From: a bacterium
GTDB taxonomy: Bacteria > Electryoneota > Electryoneia > Electryoneales > Electryoneaceae
Length of the DNA: 64,000 nucleotides
Direction: 5' to 3'
Assembly: GCA_963669175.1 (NCBI GenBank)
Contig: OY769902.1
Location: 4,160,001 to 4,224,000, forward strand
Positions 59,474 through 64,000 of the stretch are shown one piece after another. The notes below the pieces were generated by a model, which did no database searches, was not told the DNA's origin, and was given only the letters and a program-made list of their open reading frames with translations. Numbering within the stretch: position 1 is the first letter of the stretch; every line of letters begins with the position of its first letter. The position numbers and the translations under genes were made by a program.

Positions 59474-62400
59474 CTACCTGCGAATCGGTCCCTTAGACGG
59501 GCGTTTCGGCAGATCTTTCGGGTCTTCCGATATCTGTTTCAGCAACAGTTGAATCGCGTAATCAAGCTGGTGGTCTTTGCCACGCATTTCACTACCGGGA
59601 TCGTTGATCACTTCGATTTCCGGCGCAACCCCCGGCCCTTCAATAATCCAGTCGCCGTGCATGCCCCAACCACCAAACTCGGGTACGGACATACCGCCGT
59701 TATCCACACTGGGCCAACGTCCCCAGATCCAGATCCAACCACCCCAGGTACGTTCACCGATCAGGCTGCCGAAGCCCAGTTCCTTGGTGGCATAGGCAAA
59801 GGTTTCACCATCTGAAGCGGTCTTACCGTTGATCAATACCGCTACATGGCCATTGTACACCCCATGCGGTTTGGTCTCGATGCCGCTGTAACGGCTGGAC
59901 TGCACAGCGATCATGGGACAGGTCAGTTCCTTGATGAAATACTCGCTGGTGTTGCCGCCGCCGTTGTAACGATCATCCACGATCAGACCGGGCAGGGAAC
60001 GCTGCGGATAATAGTCACGTCCCCATTTTTCTATCCCTTCACCTGCCATATCCGGGAGGAACACATACCCTAGTTTACCGTCCGACTTATCCTGGACATA
60101 CTCACGCTGCTGTTTGATCCAGTCGAACAGACGCAGGGCATATTCTCCGGACATGCAGCGGATGTTTACCTTGCGGGCATTGTCGAACGTCGGTTTTTCG
60201 TTCAGGGTCAGCTCAACCACCTCGCCTGCCTTGTTGCGCAGGAGTCGGTTGATGTTGGTGCGGGCATCGGTTCTGATACCGTTAATCGCGAGAAGGTATG
60301 TGCCTGCCCCGGTCTGCGGATCGGCGTAATGCAATGGTGACGCGCCATCGGGTGTTCCGGGTTCGGGTGCAATCACACGGGTGATACGATAGTAGCCACT
60401 CTTCGAATCGGCTTCCATATCCACACCCAGCATTCCAACCGGTTCCGAATTGATATCCGGTTCTTCACCGCCCCAGACATAAGCATGTCCGGCATGCAGC
60501 TCGGCCAGGATTTCACGCAACAGGTCTTGCAGATCATCACGTGTAGTCACTCGGTCCAGCAGGGCTCCGTAACGCGCCAGCACATCATCCCAATCGCCGC
60601 CGTGATAGCCGTCTTCATAGAAGAAATCACGCTGCAACCGCCAGGACTCGCGTAGGATCTGCTCCCATTCCTCGCGCGGGGTAACTTCCAGCTCCCAACC
60701 ATCGGTCGATACCTGGTGATCGCCATCCAGGGACAAGGGCGCTATTCCCGGTGTACCAAAGTACCAGGCCCCTCCCATGCGCAGCACGATAGTCTCACCA
60801 TCGTTTGAGATCCTGTACGAGGAAACTCCCTCGGCCACCATATCTGCAGATTGAGCAACCAGATCGTAAAGCTTCAGCGAAGAACCACCGTTATGTTCAA
60901 CAAAGTAAACCTGGTCGCCGGTTGCACCTAACCGGCCAAAATCACCGGCATGATACGGGAAGGATTCAATCCGTTCCGCGATACCGGCAAAATCAATAAC
61001 AACCGGTTCCGGCTCTCTGTTTTCCTCATCTTCATCATCCTTTTCCTCTTCTTCGACACCATCCAACCAGGGCGCTTGCGGAAGTTCGCCCTGCTTCGGG
61101 GCATCACCATGTGCGATGAAGGGTGAAGGGACATCGGGACGCAGACGGATCAGCATCAGTTTTTCAAGATTGTTATAGGTGAACAGGCCACGGTTATAAT
61201 CCTGGTTATAATCGAAATTCCGTTCAGAAATACAGTACAGATAACGTCCCTTTGGATCCCACGCCGGGGTATTTGTGCTGAAATGCGGATTGCTTACCAG
61301 GGTTGATGTATTGGATTCGGTATCGTAGATGTAGACAGCCTCTCTGTCAGCACGGATGCTCTTTGTATACGCCAGCCAGCGTGAATCAGGTGACCAGGAA
61401 TAATTATAAAACTCCCAGTCTCCGGTAGCGATTTCCCTGCATTTTCCGGTTTCCACATTGACCACTTGCAGGGTTTGGCCATAGTCGCCATAGGCCGCCC
61501 ATTTTCCGTCCGGGCTTACCCTGACGTTATACTTCCAGCCTGGGCGTATCGATTTTTCAACAGCAACGATCTTTTCGCCCGGCGCATTGATACGACTGAT
61601 CGCTTCTTCCCCGGTCGCATCGCTGATCACCAGCAATCCCTCATTATCAGGCAGAAAATGCGGAGCCTTTTCACGGCTGATTCCGGAAAACGTCCATTGA
61701 CGTATCAAACCCGCCTGGCATACTGGCAGGGTGAACACTTCACCACGTGCGGAGACGGCCAGCTGACGTCCGTCCGGGCTAAGGTTCCAGTCTTCCAGGT
61801 AATTACCCGGTTCGATAAATTTGGTACGGCTGGAGTACAGATCGGACGGCACCAGGATCTCAGGTATAATCACCTGATCAGTGTCGATATCGTAAATACA
61901 AATATCCGCGCCAAGCTGGAAGATGATGCGGCGGTCATCCAGTTTCGGCCAGCGGACATCGTAAGAATCGAAAACGGTATGCTGTTTGACATCCTGCCCA
62001 TTCGGAAGCATGGACCAGATATTTTCCCGTCCGGTTGAATCGCACACGAAATAAATGCGTCCGTCATCAGCCCACATCGGGTGGCTCTGGTTGCCGGGGT
62101 AATCGAAGGGACGGTCATATTCAGCCGTTTCCGGATTCCCCACCCAGATCTGTTCCGCGTTGCCGCCCTGGTAACGATTCCAGGTATGGAAATCGAGGTT
62201 GTACACGACCATCGCCTCACCGGGACCGTCCGGTTGATACGTTACCGTAGATCCGCGAAGATAGGGCAGTCGTACAGGGTAGCCGCCATCGATATCAACT
62301 TTGTACAGGGACCAGGTACGGTGTGGCATGGTACGGTTGCGTGACTTGAATACAATGTTGCCATCTTCATCCCAGCCAACCACCCAGTCACGTGCTGCGT

Positions 62401-62737
62401 GATAGGTCAACTGAATCGGCTGCCCGCCTGTAGCAGGAATGATATAGACGTCATCATTGCCTGCATATTGTCCGGTGAATGCGATCCATTTCCCGTCCGG
62501 GCTGAACGACGGGAATTGTTCAATACCTTCGTGTGAAGTCAAACGAATGGCGTTCCCACCCTCAACCGTAGTCAACCAGAGATCACCGGATGAGCTGAAG
62601 ACAATTTTATCGCCGTTCATGTCCGGATAACGCAGGAAACCGTGAGTTTCAGCCTCTAGGGCCAGGGCGGGAACAGTAAAAGCAAAGGAAACAATCAGTA
62701 AAGCTAAGAGCAGGACTCGCGAAAAACCGTATCGCAT
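59474..62737 (-). CDS. Tricorn protease homolog (S41) with PD40 propellers and PDZ domain
   Basis: FSPDGKWIAF repeats, GHAY, DDRYNGGG, TASDGETF, GERTWGG, IEGPGVAP. Confidence 0.93.
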   Translation of the reverse strand: MRYGFSRVLLLALLIVSFAFTVPALALEAETHGFLRYPDMNGDKIVFSSSGDLWLTTVEGGNAIRLTSHEGIEQFPSFSPDGKWIAFTGQYAGNDDVYIIPATGGQPIQLTYHAARDWVVGWDEDGNIVFKSRNRTMPHRTWSLYKVDIDGGYPVRLPYLRGSTVTYQPDGPGEAMVVYNLDFHTWNRYQGGNAEQIWVGNPETAEYDRPFDYPGNQSHPMWADDGRIYFVCDSTGRENIWSMLPNGQDVKQHTVFDSYDVRWPKLDDRRIIFQLGADICIYDIDTDQVIIPEILVPSDLYSSRTKFIEPGNYLEDWNLSPDGRQLAVSARGEVFTLPVCQAGLIRQWTFSGISREKAPHFLPDNEGLLVISDATGEEAISRINAPGEKIVAVEKSIRPGWKYNVRVSPDGKWAAYGDYGQTLQVVNVETGKCREIATGDWEFYNYSWSPDSRWLAYTKSIRADREAVYIYDTESNTSTLVSNPHFSTNTPAWDPKGRYLYCISERNFDYNQDYNRGLFTYNNLEKLMLIRLRPDVPSPFIAHGDAPKQGELPQAPWLDGVEEEEKDDEDEENREPEPVVIDFAGIAERIESFPYHAGDFGRLGATGDQVYFVEHNGGSSLKLYDLVAQSADMVAEGVSSYRISNDGETIVLRMGGAWYFGTPGIAPLSLDGDHQVSTDGWELEVTPREEWEQILRESWRLQRDFFYEDGYHGGDWDDVLARYGALLDRVTTRDDLQDLLREILAELHAGHAYVWGGEEPDINSEPVGMLGVDMEADSKSGYYRITRVIAPEPGTPDGASPLHYADPQTGAGTYLLAINGIRTDARTNINRLLRNKAGEVVELTLNEKPTFDNARKVNIRCMSGEYALRLFDWIKQQREYVQDKSDGKLGYVFLPDMAGEGIEKWGRDYYPQRSLPGLIVDDRYNGGGNTSEYFIKELTCPMIAVQSSRYSGIETKPHGVYNGHVAVLINGKTASDGETFAYATKELGFGSLIGERTWGGWIWIWGRWPSVDNGGMSVPEFGGWGMHGDWIIEGPGVAPEIEVINDPGSEMRGKDHQLDYAIQLLLKQISEDPKDLPKRPSKGPIRR

Positions 62738-62844
62738 GCATGCCTCCATTCAGGTTCAAAGCAGGAAACGAGATTGCTGAAGATAATACCGGAAGCGGGG
62801 CAATGCATATCACGAGGAGTGGAAAGTGAACCAACATAGAAAAA

Positions 62845-62872
62845 TCGGGGCAACCGCATTACAGTTGCCCCG
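62845..62872 (-). terminator. Hairpin between the lipoprotein and tricorn genes
   Basis: CGGGGCAAC...GTTGCCCCG with upstream A run. Confidence 0.6.
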
Positions 62873-62900
62873 TTTCCAAGGAAAAGCTATTCCGAACTAT

Positions 62901-63788
62901 CTATTCAACCGGTTCCGTAACCACCATGATCCAGTAGGAATCTTCGACAATCACATCATCCCAGCCGATAATTCGCTCTCCGCCGGTTTCGCCATGACCG
63001 GGCACATCATCGCTGATGTAAGTATCATACCCGTCCGTTTCGCTCAGGATGCGATCGGCAACTGCAATATGCTCCTGGCTGAAGAGATCTTCATTGTTGA
63101 AGTATTCGCCGTAGAATTCTCCATCCTCATCATAGATGATCCGGCCATCCGGCTCCAGGATGAGAACGCATTCATCTTCATGTGACTGCTGCGAATGATA
63201 GGCAAATGTTCTTCGCATCAGGGTATCAAAGCTTGCCTCCGCCAGCAGTACACTTTCCAGGCTCTGTCCGGGAATCACAGGACGCATGTAATGAAAACAC
63301 CACCCGTTTTGATTGTGATAAACTGGCCCGATCGACGGAATCAGGTTCGCAGAGACATTGACAAATGCTGTAGCGCTGCTAAGATCCGTACCGGTGTTCA
63401 CAGTATCCCATTCTGCCGGCGCAGAACGACGAAGGATGCCAGCCGGACCAACCGTCGATACATAATGAGCATATTCATTGACTGTGGTATAAAGATGATC
63501 CAGCGTATCAAATGCAGCATCAGAGGTGATGTCGATTCCTTCAAGCTCTGTTTGTCCGGATAGCATGCGAAGCCGGAAAACATTCCAGAGGGTCATGATT
63601 TGCTGATCATAGGCGGAAGCGAGATCACGCACGACACGTCCCCGCTCTGCGGGCACATCGTCATCATCATCGTCGTCGTCATCATCATCCCCGCCACATC
63701 CGATAAACACCATACCGGTCAGGGGAATAGCAAGAATCAGCAGAAACAGAAAGATGCGTAACCAACGGCTTGAAAGCATGTGCTGCAT
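62901..63788 (-). CDS. Putative lipoprotein with poly-Asp tract and Cache-like domain
   Basis: Lipobox FIGC, ten Asp residues, ILEPDGRIIYD...YWIMVV. Confidence 0.7.
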   Translation of the reverse strand: MQHMLSSRWLRIFLFLLILAIPLTGMVFIGCGGDDDDDDDDDDDVPAERGRVVRDLASAYDQQIMTLWNVFRLRMLSGQTELEGIDITSDAAFDTLDHLYTTVNEYAHYVSTVGPAGILRRSAPAEWDTVNTGTDLSSATAFVNVSANLIPSIGPVYHNQNGWCFHYMRPVIPGQSLESVLLAEASFDTLMRRTFAYHSQQSHEDECVLILEPDGRIIYDEDGEFYGEYFNNEDLFSQEHIAVADRILSETDGYDTYISDDVPGHGETGGERIIGWDDVIVEDSYWIMVVTEPVE

Positions 63789-64000
63789 TGGAAACTCCCG
63801 TCTAAAACAGGCCAAACTTCACAGCGATATACCCAATATAGGAAATCAGGAGTAGAAAACCAGCTATACGTGGAATTTTGGACCAAATTGCCAACAGTGC
63901 AAGCGGGAACAAAGTCAATCCACTATAAAGCAACAAATCCAGGTGAATCTGTTCTTCAACCTTGATCGGGGTAAGGGTTGCACCGGTCCCCAGGACAAAC

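Overview
A 64 kb chromosomal window from what looks like an anaerobic diderm bacterium related to the FCB superphylum. That assignment is inferred from T9SS/FlgD-like C-terminal domains, a short Bacteroidota-type sigma-70 and a TonB-dependent receptor. Coding content: a soluble hdrC-hdrB-sdhB-like-sdhA-like redox operon, biotin carboxylase and carrier, a Tat-signal AmmeMemoRadiSam enzyme, two Fe/Mn superoxide dismutases, two large secreted beta-helix proteins, an MBOAT pair, a low-GC NACHT-type NTPase, a sigma factor, HtrA, a SulP plus multi-component signalling operon, a membrane-anchored sigma-54 activator with a GG-N10-GC promoter directly downstream, an intact IS4-family element (14-bp IRs, 9-bp TSD) and a tricorn protease. 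The intergenic DNA is unusually rich in non-autonomous elements: several REP-like palindrome families, a MITE with an 8-bp TSD, a MITE with Tn5-mosaic-end-like termini nested in a REP hairpin, tandem arrays growing from REP ends, a decayed duplicate of the sod 5' region and two candidate small RNAs. No rRNA, tRNA or CRISPR array was seen. All calls come from reading motifs by eye; no database searches were run.
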